Shown: piece after piece, positions 13,095 through 27,355 of the stretch
Layout of the letters: the number at the start of each line of letters is the position of its first letter
How positions within the stretch are numbered: position 1 is the stretch's first letter
Source of the DNA: Camelus dromedarius
Taxonomy: Eukaryota
DNA length: 60,000 bases
Direction: 5' to 3'
Assembly: GCF_036321535.1 (NCBI RefSeq)
Contig: NC_087436.1
Span: 72,852,001 to 72,912,000, forward strand
Program-made: the position numbers and the translations under genes
Notes under the pieces: model-generated
Databases searched by the model: none
What the model saw: only the letters and a program-made list of their open reading frames with translations
Told to the model about the DNA's origin: nothing

Positions 13095-13597
13095 TTTATT
13101 TTTATTTTTCTTTTTTCACTGAGTTATAGTTAGTTTACAATGTTGTGTCAATTTCTGGTGTGCAGTATAATGTTTCAATCATACATGAACATACATATAT
13201 TTGTTTTCATATTTTTCACAAGTTACTACAAGATATTGAATATAGTTCTCTGTGCTGTACAGTATAAACTTGTGATTATCTGTTTTATACATAGTAGTTA
13301 GTATCTGCAAATCTTGAACTCCCAATTTATCCCTTCCCACCCTCTTCCCCCTGCTGGTAACCATAAGCTTGTTTTCTATGTCTGTGAGTCTGTTTCTGTT
13401 TTGTAAATAAATTCATTTGTGTCATATTTGAGGTTCCACATAAGTGATATCATATGGTATCTTTTCCTTTCTCTCTCTGGCTTACTTCACTTAGAATGAT
13501 GATCTCCAGGTCCATCCATGTTGGTTCCAGTGGTATTATTTTATTCTCATTTATGGCTGAGTACTATTCCTTGTATAGATATACCACAGCTTCTTTA
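13095..13597 (-). mobile_element. Lineage-specific 5'-truncated L1 (3' UTR) with 16-bp TSD
   Basis: Perfect TSD ttggatgattcttctt at 13079-13094 and 13598-13613. T-rich tail on the left; artiodactyl-type L1 3' UTR. Confidence 0.93.
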
Positions 13598-14379
13598 TTG
13601 GATGATTCTTCTTGAGGCTGCTATTCCATTATGTCTTTCTCCTGCTCAAGCCTCCTCTTGTTTTTGACCTGGCTTTTTTCTTGATCTCCAGGTTTACAAT
13701 CCCAGTTGCTTGCTGAGTTCCCTACAAAGATGTTCCCAGAGTCCTCAACATCTCATTTTTGGAAACCAAGGTCATTATGTTACTACCTCACCAAACCTTC
13801 ACCTCGTCTTTCAATTCGTATCTCAATCACACCAAGAACTGCCTGGTCATCAGTTTGCAACTATCAGTCTGCTCGCTTTCCTCTTTCACACCCCCAAATT
13901 CAACAGATCACAAAATCGTGTTGATTCTTTCACCAAAATGCCATAAGTCTATCACAGCCTTTATGTTACACCTCTCAATTCCAGCTCCTGTCATTTCTTC
14001 TTCCACTTCTAAGCTTTCCAGTTTACTGCTCACATCCCTATAGAATTATCTTCCTAAATGATATAGATTATCATGTCACTGGCCTGCTCAAAACCTTTTG
14101 TCATTCCCATCCAGTAGAGCTCAAGAATTCTTAGCAAGACATTCTTGCTTGGTTAGATGCTTAATAGGGAAATAGTGAAAGCCCTTCATATTTCTCCACC
14201 TTGTCTAGGGAGGGGATTGGAAGGAAGTGCACCAACCCCAAGACAAGGCCCATCCTATTTGTGAAAAGACATAGGCATTCGATGGCTAAGGCTGCTAAAC
14301 TTGTCAGACGCCAGAAGGACCTGAGGAGACTGAGAGGTTTTGGTTTTCTTTTTTTAATTATGTGTATACATGGGGTTTT

Positions 14380-15950
14380 TTTTTTTTTTTTGGTCTTTTT
14401 AAAAAATTGAGGTATAACTGATGTACAATACTATATGAATTCCAGGTGTACAACACAATGATATACAGCATTTAAAAGTTACATTTCACCTATAGGTACC
14501 ACAAAGTGTTGTCTGTATTCCCTGTACTGCACAATACATCCATGTAGCTTCTTAATTCCATACACAGCAGTCTGCTCCTCCAATCCCCCTCCATGTCCTG
14601 CCTGTCCCTCACCTTCTCTCCACTGTTCTCCACATCTGTGAGTCTACTTGTCTTACCCTTAGATTCCTGCAAATGGCAAAATTTCATTCTTTTTATGGCT
14701 GAGTAGTATTCCATTGTGTATATATGTATACCACATATATGTGTATACCATATTTTCTTTATCCACTCATTTGTTGATGGACACTTAATTTGCTTCCATA
14801 TCTTGACAACCATAAATATGGTTATGAACATTGGGGTTCATGTACCTTTTCAAATTAGTGTCCTCATTTTCTTTGGATATATACCCAGGAGTAGAACTAC
14901 TGGATCAGATGGCAGTTGTTTTCCTGATTTTTTGAGAACCTCTGTACTGTTTTCTACAGTGGCTGGACCAATCTACACCCCATCAACAGTGTACGAGGGT
15001 TCCCTTTTCTCCACATCCTCATCAACATTTGTTATTTGTGTTTTTTTTGATAATAGTCATTCTAACAGGTGTGAGGTGATATCTCACAGTGATTTTGATT
15101 TGCATTTCTCTGATGATTAATGATGTTGAGCATCTTTTCATGTGCCTGTTAGCCATCTGGACATCCTCCTTGGAAAATTGTCTCTTCAGGCCTTCTGCCC
15201 ATTTTTAAATTAGATTTTTTGTTTTCTTGATGCTAAGTTGTATGAGCAGTTTATATATTTTGGATAGTAACCCTTTATTGGCCATATCATTTACAAGTAT
15301 TTTCTCATATTCAGTAGGTTGTCTTTTTGTTTTTTTCTATGGTTTCTTTTACTGTGCAAAATCTTTTAAGTTTAATTAGGTCCCATTTGTTTATTTTTGC
15401 TTTTATTTCCTTTGCTTTAGGAAACAGATCCAAAAAACATTGCTACAATTTATATCAAAGAATTTTCCACTACGTTTTCTTTTAGGAATTTTATGGTTTC
15501 CCATCTTACATTTAGGTCTTTAATTCATTCTGAGTTTATTTTTGTATATGGTGTTACAGAATGTTCCAACTTCATTCTTTTACATGGAGCTGTCCAGTTT
15601 TCCCAGCACCACTTATTGAAGAGACTGTCTTTTCTCGACTGCATATTCTTGTCTCCTCTGTCATAGATTAATTGACCATATGTGCATGTGTTTATTTCTG
15701 GGCTGTCTATTCTGTTCCATGGGTCAATGTGTCTCTTTTGGTGCCAATACCATACTGTTTTGATTACTGTACATAGCCCTAAATCAGGGAATGTGACTCC
15801 GCAAGCTCTGTTCTTCTTTCTCAAGATTGCCTTGGCTATTCAGGGTCCTTTGTGCTTCCATACAAATTTTAAAATGATTTGCTCTAGTTCTTTGAAACAT
15901 GTCCTTGGTATTTTTATAGTGATTACATTAAATCTGTAGACTGCCCTGGG
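14380..15950 (-). mobile_element. L1 fragment (ORF2 C-terminus plus 3' UTR), degenerate
   Basis: Minus-strand ORF remnants ([25 protein letters not shown]...[24 protein letters not shown]) are L1 ORF2. Poly-T at the left end. Confidence 0.93.
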
Positions 15951-16434
15951 CCTTGATTTGGAAAGAGGAACTGATCCCAGAGAACAGGGAGGGGAGAGGG
16001 TACTTGAAGGCAGAATGCTATGAGGGGGCAGGTAAAGAGGGAAAAGGTAAAGAATGGGAGTCCCTGTGAGGGCCCAACATGATGCTGACTGGGTCCAAAT
16101 TCCTCTCTACCTGTTCTTAACTTGAAGAATTAGGGAATATTCACAGAAATCTTTTCAGAGATGAAATGGGTACACCACAGGGCTGTCCAGCACGGATTGC
16201 TTTAAGCAAAAGTAGGTGAGGCAGCATCTAGAACAAGAAGAGAATGAGTACCCCTGTATCTCCTGGTCACAGACAGGCTGGCCATCTCTTCAAGGTGGAC
16301 TATTTAGGTCACTCAGAGCATCTCACACAGACAGTGACCCAGCGGGAAAAGGGTTAGATCGCAGCTTGAACCTTTCTACAGGAAGCTAAAGACCAATTCT
16401 AAAGACACAAAAAAAAAAATCAGAAAATAAGAAA

Positions 16435-16725
16435 TGGTTGAACATGGCCAAAAGGTACAAACTTCCAATTATAAGCTAAGTCCGGGGATATAATGTGCAG
16501 CAAGGTGACTGTAGTTAACAATACTGTATTCTATTTTTAAAAGTTACTAAGAGAGCAGATTTTAAAAGTTCTCATTACAAGAAAAAAGTTTCTGTACCTA
16601 TGTGAGATGATAGATGTTAATTAAAAGTATAGCCGTGATCGTTATGCAATATATAGACACATCAAGTCTACGCTGTATACCAAAACCTAATACAACACCA
16701 TGTGTCAATTATATCTCAATAATAT
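16435..16725 (+). mobile_element. L1MA9/10-like 3' end
   Basis: ggtacaaacttcc...gtgactgtagttaacaatactgtatt...gtcaattatatctcaataa. Confidence 0.8.
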
Positions 16726-17743
16726 TTTTTTAAACCTGCCACATGACAACTCTTTATACTGTAATTAATACCTTCTGCCTCATCTATGGGGAAGGGTGAC
16801 TTATTGGGGATGTCACTGGGTGATCCTTTGGGAAATAAAATTGCATTGTTAACTCATAGTGGACAGATGTGCTGCTAGAGATTGCATAAATATATTTCTC
16901 TTCCCTTCCAGGAGTCGGCAGGCTTTTGTGATCCTAAACTTTTGGCCTTTTTGGCCCAGAAGGTTACCAGCTCTTGTACGACCTTGAAAAAGAAAAGTTA
17001 CTAGAGGAATGAGGAATCAAACTGATGAAATCATAAGCCAGACTTTGTGTCTAGATTCCATTCAATTTTATTGCTTGATAAGATTAAAGAAATGGACTTT
17101 TCATGTTTCAGGTGTTGAAAAAGTGAAAGCAACCCTGTTGCTTGGAAAATGGTTTGGGAGGAGGGGACAAGAATCTGGTGAAATGTGATCCCTCAGAGAC
17201 TCAAAACCCCTAGAAGGTGCTGACTAATGGATCCCCATAAGGACGGGGCATGATGATCTGAGAGTTATAGAAGGCCATCCTTGTCTGAATTTGACCCACA
17301 GGGAGTGAAAGTGCTGAAGGGGCTGCCTGCCTTACAGCGGATCACTCTGGCACGGGCAGGGAAGACCCCCACTCTTAATGGAAGGTAATAGAGCTCTGAG
17401 GACTGGGGAGCTCCTTCCTGGACTGGGTATGTCTCCCAGTGTTGATGGACAATTCAAAAAGAGGAAAGGAACTTTGTCTTCTCCAAAATGCTATTGCATT
17501 TATAGTCACTATCAGTTAGAACTTCCCAAATGTCTCTATTCTCTCCTTCCATTTCATTCTGGTTCCCCTAAACAGGAAGCAAGGGCCATAACTAATGCAG
17601 TGTTTTCTTTAAACTCCCATATCCTCATGTCTGAGCACAAGACAAATGCTCAGTAAACATGTGTGTGCCCACAAATTAAGTACAATATAGCCAGGCCCAC
17701 CAATGCTTTCTGAATGCTTATTCTGCGGTGAACAGGACCAACT

Positions 17744-17756
17744 ATAGATAGATAGG

Positions 17757-17805
<49 letters not shown>
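17744..17805. repeat. (GATA)n tetranucleotide microsatellite
   Basis: About 15 near-perfect GATA units. Confidence 0.97.
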
Positions 17806-17808
<3 letters not shown>

Positions 17809-19586
17809 GTGCATGTTTATATATATACATATATAAAGTGCAGTTCAGTGCCAAATGAAAATACTGGGCACCATTCTCAGCATAGGGCCCATGTGCTACA
17901 CAGGTCAAATGCCCATAAAGCTGGCCCTGGCCAGAGGCTTTCATGAACAGTATTTCAATCATGCTTACCACCAGTCTGTGGTGGAGTGGGTATTATTCTA
18001 TCATATTTACAGACTAAGAAACTGAGGCTAAGTATATGCAGGTGATTTGCTCAAAGTCCTTTCATAAGCCAGGAATGGAGTTCACATTTAAATTTAATCC
18101 TAAGAACTTTATATTAAATCTCTAGAATGTTAGCAGGAATAATGAAATATAAAATTCATTAAGTCATAGTGAAGATTTTGTTTGTGGTTGTTTGTTTATG
18201 GAAAATTGCATGTAGGGCCTGCTGAGTTTAGTCCCTTCCCTGCCTTTTGTCGATATCAGCACTGGGATTAGAGTGAGAGTGAGGCTCTCACTTGCCAAAA
18301 TTTAAGGAGACCAATGAGACATAAGATTCAAGATAAATAACATGCAATGTGATTTTTAAAATCAAAATAAATGCAAAAAGCCCATGATGAATAAACTGTC
18401 AAAATTATAAATAAAAATAAGCAGTGGCTATTTATTTTACAATCTTGAATTATATATTATGCAGTGGAAACAGTCTGCCTCAAATCAGCCTGCTTTCATC
18501 AGGTCCCCGTCAGGGCAAGTTTATGAGGGCTGACCAGTGCATGTGAAGAGAGAGGGCAATACAGGCCTTTATATATTAGTCATTTTTTTCCCCACATATT
18601 TGGTCAAGTTTTTTGATTATAGAATTTTTATTAACTTTCTTTTCATGGTTCAAAATGTAGGAGGATATTTTGTCATAGGGACTCACATTTTTCTTTTTGC
18701 CCCAGGCTGCAGTGTGTCACTGTTGATAATGTGGTGTATCACTGTTGATAACTCATTGTATTCTTGGGTATCAATTTACATGGTACCTCTGATTTATGGT
18801 GTACTCCTCACGGCATGCACTGGTACCATATGCCCCCTCTGACCATAGAAGTCTTAAAGAACATTTTGACCTATTGGGCAGAATACACTTCATTTGGTAG
18901 CAGACACTCCTCTTGGCTACATGTACACTTGTCCTGTTCATCATCGTAGTCCACATGAATATCACGCCAGGGCATTCCTAGACTGCTTTAGATACCTGGT
19001 TTAAGCGAGCATATTCATCCCTAACCAGTCATAGACTCCCCTGTGCTCTCATCTGCACTAACCCAGGCACTTGAACCTTCTCATCTATACTTGCCTCTCA
19101 CATCCCACTCATTCTTCCAGGCCTAGATAAATGCCACCTCCTCTGAGAAGTCTTCCCTAATCCCTTCAGTCCCTGGTGCATGCTGGCAAGGCATCATTTG
19201 TACATGTAAAACTCTCACCTTCTCTACTATAGAGTAAAATTCCTGGGAACGTGGACTAAGTCTGTCTCATCATTTTATCCACAGCTCTAATGATGTGCGT
19301 ATAGTAATGCTGAATATTCATTGGATGAATGAATGAAACTCATTCAGCTTTTTATTATAATTTTTTGTGTACTTGAAGAAATACACTATCTCGTGTTCTC
19401 CTCTCCACCCTCCCCGCACTTACAACACTTTTGTTTATGTGCCTGTTATCAGTTTTTGGTAATATTTAATCAGTTGAATTAGGATTTGAAGGTAGTTTAC
19501 AAAAATGACAAGTTTAATTTCAAACATGTACTGTCACGTGAAATAATAATATTACCATGAAAAAAATATTGCTGCTGAAATGTATT

Positions 19587-21010
19587 TCTACATTCTCCAG
19601 GATAGATCACATATTGGCCCACAAAGCAAGCCTCAGTAAATTTAAGAAAATTGAAATACCAAGCATCTTTTCCAACATCCTTTCCAACCACAACACTCTG
19701 AGAGAAATCAACTACAAGAAAAAAAAAAAAATCCCGAACATGTGAAGACTAAACAATATGCTACTAAACCACCAGTGGATTTCTGAATAAATCAAAGAAG
19801 AAATCAAAACATACCTAGAAACAAATGAAAATGAAAACACAATGATCCAAAACCTATGGCACACAGCAAAAGCAGTTCTCAGAGGGAAGTTTATAGTGAT
19901 ACAAGCCTACCTCAGGAAACAAGAAAAATCTCAAGTAAACAACCTAAACTTACACCTAAAACAACTAGAGAAAGAAGAACAAACAAAACTCAAAGTTAGT
20001 AGAAGAAATCATAAAGATTAGAGCAGAAATAAATGAAATAGAGACAAATAAAAATAGAAAGGATTAATGAAACTAAAAGCTGTTTCTTTGAAAAGATAAA
20101 CAAAATTGATAAATCTTTAGCCAGACTTATCAAGAAAAAAAGGGAGAGGGCCCAAGCTAATAAAACCAGAAATGAAAAAAGAAGAAGTTACAGTTGACAC
20201 CACTGAAATACAAAGGATCAGAAGAGGCTACCACTGTGAGCAACTATCTGCTAATACAATGGAAAACCTAGAAGGAATGGACAGCTTCTTAGAAAGCTAC
20301 AATCTCCCCAGATTGAATCAGGAAGAAGTAGGAAATGTGAACAGACTAATTATCAGCACTGAAATTGAATCAGTAGTTAAAAAGCTCCCAACAAACAAAA
20401 GTCCAGGACCAGACGGCTTCTCAGGGGAATTCTACCAAACATTCAGAGAAGAGTTAATACCTCGCCTTCTGAAACTATTCCAAAAAACTACAGAGGAAGG
20501 AAAACTTCCGAATTCATCCTATGAGGCCATGACCCTGATACCAAAATCAGACGAAGATATAACAAAAAGAAAATTACAGGCCAATATCACTTATGAATAT
20601 AGGAGCAAAAATCCTCAACAAGATACTAGCAAATTGACTCCAACAGTGCATTAAAAGGATCATATACTATGATCAAGTGGGATTTATCGCAGCGATGCAA
20701 AGATTTTTCAATATCCGCAAATCAATCAATGTGATACACCACAGTAGCAAACTGAAGAATAAAAACCATATGATCATCCAAATAGATGCAGAAAAAGCTT
20801 TTGATAATTCAACATCCATTTGTGATAAAAAAAAAAAAACACTCCAGAAAGTGGGCATAGAGGGAACATACCTCACCATAATAAACTCCATATATGACAA
20901 ACCCACAGCTAACGTTATTCTCAGTGGTGAAAAGCTGAAAGCATTTTCTCTAAGGTCAGGAACACGATAAGGATGTCCACTCTCGCCACTTTTATTCAAA
21001 GTATTGGAAA
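19587..21010 (+). mobile_element. L1 ORF2 internal fragment (end of endonuclease to start of RT), frameshifted
   Basis: Remnants [35 protein letters not shown] and IDAEKAFD are L1 ORF2 hallmarks, with many stops and frameshifts. Confidence 0.95.
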
Positions 21011-24000
21011 GGTTTTTAACATTGATACCTTTGTGAGTTTTAAAAAATACGATTTCTTCATTATCGTGAAGGTAAACACCTGCCTATTCCATGTCTAAAT
21101 GGTGACAAATGCTGATGGGTGGGGTTTAAATTAATGAAGTTCCACTGAACTTAAGGGACTTGAACAATATGGAGTTAATTTGGGGTATCAGAAAAATATT
21201 TTAAAATAAATCAGTTCGTATAAAATTTTACTATTTGTAAAAGCTTCAGGAACAGCCAAATACTCTCCGGGCTTTTTACTTCTTCATATCCTTTGTGGTT
21301 CAAGAGATTATTTTGGTCCTACCAAATTGAGTACTCTCCAATAAGAGCATTATATATGTACCTTGACTTAGTGCGCATGCCCTGTTGCTCAATCTACATG
21401 TGTTTTATTTAATGTCATTTTCTCTTATTTTTAGATATTTTAACAGACTTCAGAAAAGATAGCTAAACCTGTTCAATCTGGCTGAAAGGTTGAATTCTAA
21501 AAACAAGCAAAGCTAATCAGCTGGTTGCCAGTGAATCCTTTTATCTTATTCCTGTTCAGTTTTCACTTTTGAAAATGTCTCAAATGCTGTCACACGTAGT
21601 AGTCATTTACTGAGCTAACTGGCAGAGTCTACATTTCTTTTTCTCTCCTTTGGAAGGTAAATAATTTCAGCTGTACTTTTATTTCAAGGTTTGAGATGCC
21701 AAAGTTAAGAGGCAGGTGACAATGATTTACAAGTAAAATGATCTGGCAGGATCTGTATGTAAGCCTCCTGAGCCTTAGGGTCATAATCATGCAAATGTGG
21801 ATAATGATTCTTACCGTGCAAGCACACTGTGAATAAACAGTAAGAGAGGTTACTCCCTAGCCCAGGCCCAAATTATTTTTAACACCTCCAATAACGTTGA
21901 GTTTACAAGTGGTAAAGTCCAACTCCACATCCCAAAATAGCAGACTTATCACAGCACAATTTAAAAATCATTAGGCCTTTAATTATTAATTATTATTATT
22001 ATTATTAATTATTTTCAATAGCATTGTAATAACTCTACTTCAGTTTATCTCATTGGGTTTTTTCAAGAAAGGAGTAGGGAAGGGAGGCGGGAAGAATATA
22101 GAGAGAGAAATGAGGCAGTCTTTAGGGCCAGTCACCAAGCTGGAATTCTTTACCTAAACATGGCTTGTTCAGACAAAGCAGAAAGACATTCCTTTCCATA
22201 GGGATCATGAATCCTTAAAAACACAGAAAACTTTTACTGCATCAGTGCACTGATTTCACTTCAGAAATGAGATCCTTGTTTTCCATAAGGGTAATCAGAG
22301 AACATCATTTTCATCATTATCACCCTTAATATTATTGGCCTTTCTAATAGTAATTAATATTAATTGAACGTTTACCTCAAGAATGCTTAAAATATTCCAG
22401 GTGTGAGGCTAAACATTTTGCTGGCTTTATCTCATCTAATCCTCTCAGGCCACCCTATTTATTATTTATTGTCACCTGGTTGATGAGAACATTAGTAGGG
22501 TTACGAAACTTGCCCAGGGGCTCCCAGTAAGTGAGAGATCAGGGACTGAAGCCCAGATCTGTCTGAATAAAGATCCTATGCTCAAAGCCTTTGCATTATA
22601 ATAGCTCAGAAGCAAATTTCCCCCATCCCTATGCCATTTATAGAATAACCAGGACACTGGTTTGGTTAAGAGTTCAGAGATTTTGATGTGCAGATAGAGT
22701 TAAGAGGCAGAGAGGTGACAACCCAATATCCAAGACCAGATGATCTTCAGGAGTAAAATAAACAAAACCAACCAACAAACAAAAAACACTATGCAAATGA
22801 TTCTTTTTTTTTAGGGTTGCTAGTTCTGGTTCATTGAGTAAACAAATGTTCCTAAGGTGTTAAAAAAGAATATGCTAAAAACAGGTTTATTAAAATTAGC
22901 TTATACATTGCAGTATTTCAAAAATGGTTTTACAGAGCAAGTTGGAAAAAAGTTCTCTCTCACTTCTTATTAAAACCCAACATATGACAAATAATTATCC
23001 AGTTTGGATCACAGAGCTTCAAAAAAATTTATCATTCTGCACACACCATACAAGAATAATTATACTTGCCACAGCAGCAAGCAACATTAAGGAGTTCTGT
23101 GTTTGTGGAGAATTCTGTTTTGTTAGCTTCTTTTAAATAAACTGAAGAAGGAGAAAAAAGAAAACAGTTACTGAAGTACCTCTGTTGCACTATTTTTTTG
23201 GTAACTTAAATTTGAGTAAGAATAATAAAAATGGGAGGAAAAAGTCTTTAAAAACATGTTTAGTTAACATTTCTTTTATAATACAAGCACGGACTATAAT
23301 TGTAGATTAAACATTTCTGGATACCCACATTTTGAAATTTCCAATAGCAGAAGCATAATTTATCTCTTGAAAATAATTGCCGATATAGTTTTTGAAGTTA
23401 TATAATTTATTTAGTTTCCTAATATAGAATTTCAGACTACTTCAAACACCTGACAGGTCCTGAGGGCAAATGAGTTTACAGAAGTGCCAACTAGATATTA
23501 TTATAAGATACATATTCCCAGGATCAGTAACATTAGCAAGGATAGACTATTTGCACATTATGTTCCAGCATTAACACTCAGTTGCCAAAGTTGATCACAT
23601 GGGAACAGGCTCCTTTGCCGAGAAATACTCTGAAGCACAGAGGATCCTTTGAAGAACAGATGCCCAAATACAGCACCTATGTTCATCAACCATAACAAAA
23701 AAAAAATGTGTAAACCAAGATTTTTACCCAAAGAAACATAGTTATACTTTTTTTTTTTGCTTTTGATTGTCATTATTAAAATATTTGAATTATTTGGGGA
23801 TCAAAAGAAATGGGCTAATCTTACCATATACTGGGTTATTCTGTGAATGCTCACCTTGACTTTCATGCTCCAAGACAGTGGCATAGGTTAAAAGTCTAAT
23901 GACAATGATCTCTGGATAACGTAACCTCTTGGATAAGCTTTGTTTTAAATTTAATGCTAGGAAAAATTATAGCCACTGCAACATAAGCTAGTGGGACCAC

Positions 24001-25779
24001 GAGGTCATAGATTTTTGTTCACTGATGAGGTCCCAGAACCTAAGGTACTCAGCACTTAGTAGGTGCTTAATAAATATTTTTGAATGAATGAACGACAGCA
24101 ATTCCCCAATACATTTGGGTTCTCATAACATAGTATATGCAGAATATAAACTAAATATATATGCAGAATATGATACTAAAATAAAGGTCTCATTAAGGTC
24201 ATAGCTTGGTCTTAAAAGCATGGGCATTTAAATATATCCTAGACTTCCTTCACATAATTTTGCACAAACCAGGGCCTTTTCAAAAAAGCTAGTTATTTGA
24301 CCCAGAATGTTTGACTCCACTCTCTACATAACCCTCCTTCACCATGGACAGTAATATAGATTGGGAAATGTAAAAGGGCCAAATAATACACTTTAGGGAA
24401 GAAATCAAAAGCCCTTCTCCATCTCAACCTATCGCTTAATGATGTAACATCACTGGAACCAGGAACATCTCACCTGACAGCTCACGTGCACATATTCTTC
24501 ACCCAGTCATGCACGTGTGGTGGACGTTCTGAAACAAGGCATGAAGCCTTGATGCTGTCTCTTTCTTTTATTCCCTTGTAGCAACACTTATTAGTCTCTC
24601 TACTGCTAGAGCTTTCCAAGAAATTCCGTACAATTTGACAAGGATCCAAGAAATATCTGGCCTTACCCGGGATTTGGGGCAAAGACCTTTATTTCTCAGA
24701 GCTAGCCATCAATTCAGATGTAATTTCCTTCAGGGGGCTTCTCCAATTCCTGATGAAGCTGGCTAAATCATCCTCCTCTCCAATCCCCTAATACCTTAAG
24801 CCTTTCCCAGAGCACCAAATTGTATTGAAATTATCAATGAGTAGTTGTTTCTCCCACTAGATTATAAATTACCTAAGGGACCATGTCTGATTCTTCCTCA
24901 TTATTTGTCTTGATGGGTGGCATTGTGCTTAGAATGCAGGAGGTGCCCAATCAGTGCTTGCTGGGCTCTCTGCTCCCAAGCCCATGCTCCCCTGCAATTG
25001 CTGTCCTGAATGGCTGTATGGTGAATACGCAACATTGTTCCTAGAAGTGTTCTGATACAACTGAAGGCACACTTTGATAGTACTGTTCCATAAAGAATGT
25101 TATTTATGCTTTCAGAGACTGTTATCCACAATCTCAAGATGCACCAGAGTAGTCAGGATCTTGGTTCCAAGTTACACAAATCCAAACAGAACTAGCTTAA
25201 GCCAAATGAAGAATGTATTATAAAGATACTAACATGTCTCATGGAGCCTGCACACAGGAAGGGAATAAAGCTAAACTTTAAAAATGCCCACAACAGTAAC
25301 TCAAACTGCCAGGAAATTTATGTCTCACCTCCATTCTCTCACAAGCTCTCTTTGCTTTTCTGGTCCACATGTAGCAAAACATGACTGCCAATAGCTTCAA
25401 AATGCATTTTTATGCCCCACAAGGACTCAAAGAGGAGGAACTTTAGTTCAAGCTCCCAATCCCCCTGGGAATGGCTCCAATTGGCCAACTTCATTAAGTG
25501 CCTACCTTAGAGCAACCAAATGCAGCTGAAGATGGTGTTAAAAAATAGGGCCAGGCTGTGGGGCAGACAATCTCCTAGGTGGCTAGCGCACTTCTCAATC
25601 CTTCAGATTCTAAGGAAAACATATGGTCAAAATAGACTATTTCACATGTATTCATGATTGTTGCTATAAAATATAAACTTTTTTAAGGCAATAATGTTCA
25701 AATTTATTTTGATTAATAATTCATGGTAACAATAGAAAATTCCTAAGTAAACATACATTTGCTTTGTTTTAAAAATAAA

Positions 25780-25790
25780 TTTATTTTATT
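25780..25790 (-). terminator. Probable distal BTC poly(A) signal (overlapping AATAAAATAAA)
   Basis: Minus strand reads TGTAATAAAATAAA, with UGUA immediately upstream and a GU-rich tgtatgttt about 25 nt downstream. Confidence 0.6.
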
Positions 25791-27149
25791 ACATGATAAT
25801 ACTGGCAGTCTACATAAACAAGGTCACTTAGCATATGCCAAACAATTATAAAATACATTTTGAAAAGATATAAATCTTTGAAGGTCTTTCTTGGTAGTTC
25901 AGACCTACCAAATTTCAAGAGACACCCTTAACATTTTTAGAATCAAAACAAAATTCCCAAGCTTGAATTGGCTTGAGAGTTTCCATTGGTCAAGCAACCT
26001 CAGTTCAGGAAAGAAGCAGCATTAACAGCATTGATTTTTTGACTTTAAACATTCTAATAAGCATTGGTTTCAAGCACTTTTAGTATCAAAGAAGACTGAG
26101 AAAGGGAAAGAATGACTCAGAAGGAGGCTTTTGAAAATATAGCATATACAATAGGGTTCAGTTGAATATAATCCTATTTCAAGGATGTTAAGTCAGAAGG
26201 AAAAATGGATTTAGAAAATTATCAGTGGTTTGACTTAGCCCTTATTGATATTTGAGCTATTTCTGTGTTACACCTTAAGCACAGCCTCAGTCTCACTTAA
26301 AACATGATGTGTGATAGACGGCAGTGTACAGCTTCACCTTTTCTCTGAACTCCCTTTTCCCTTGGTGTATGGCATCTACACTGCCAGGCAAAAGTTACAA
26401 AGATTCTGGAAAAGCTGCTTTGCTGACAAGCACAATAGCTAACGTGCCACAATTTGGGGACATCTGTCATCAGTTTTGAAAATGGTCCACTCAGTCAGAG
26501 TAGAACTTTCCATATTCTATGGAATTCCAGCTAAATGTGCATTTTGTTTTTTCAGTTTTAAAAGAATCTTTATTCAATGTAATATGGAGTTGAAGGAGCA
26601 TTTGGCAAGATGATTCCAAGTAATAGATGATTATGGTCATGATTTCATTTCACCAAAATTTACCTGAGAGTAGTCACAGGCATTGTTTTTCAGAAGAACA
26701 AAAAATGAGGATGTGGTCACAGCCAGTCTCTGCCTGGGGTCTGCTGTGCTGTCACTGACCACTTACCAGAGGATAAATAAACTCTTTTAGAGCTGTTATC
26801 TCTCCTTTAATGAGCATAGACACTTACCTGGGACTTGAAGACTGTCAGACATTTACTTTCCATCTCTATTCATTACCCTAGCTATGGGGCAAATTTTGCT
26901 TAACTAATGTAAGAATGTATGAAAATCACTGAGAATTTATAAAGGAGCAAAGAAACATAATGCAAGTCAAGACTACAGAAAGCATGTTGGTAATAACAGT
27001 AACATATACCCAGGACTCTGAATTCTGAGTTTCTGCAGGAAAATGTCCCAATGTCCCAGAGTCATGGCAAAACAACACTTTAGTGTAAAATATTGGGTTA
27101 TATTATGAATTGGTTTGCAGAACCGCCAATGAACAAAAATGATGGTTAA

Positions 27150-27355
27150 CAACATGAATGTTGAACTTGGGTAAATCTTGGTTCCAATTTCAGCTCCACC
27201 AAATCCTGACTCTGTAAATCTGTGTTAAATTATTCAACTTCTTAGGGCCTGTTTCTATGCATGAGAAATGAGGATCATAGGTTCTTGAAGGAATTAAAGA
27301 AAACAATATATTTCACACTCTTAGCACATAGTGTCAGATAAATGGCAGCTTTATT
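27150..27355 (+). mobile_element. MIR inside the BTC 3' UTR (antisense to the mRNA)
   Basis: ttggttccaatttcagctccacca...ctgtttct...aaatgaggat...ttagcacatag...taaatggcagct. Confidence 0.65.

Noticed and set aside
17100..17200. Plus-strand acceptor-like tttcag followed by a short open frame (similar site near 21430)
   Set aside because: Stop codons follow quickly, with no matching donor or recognisable protein.
20172..20970. 160-aa and 97-aa ORFs
   Set aside because: Frameshifted L1 ORF2 remnants, not host genes.
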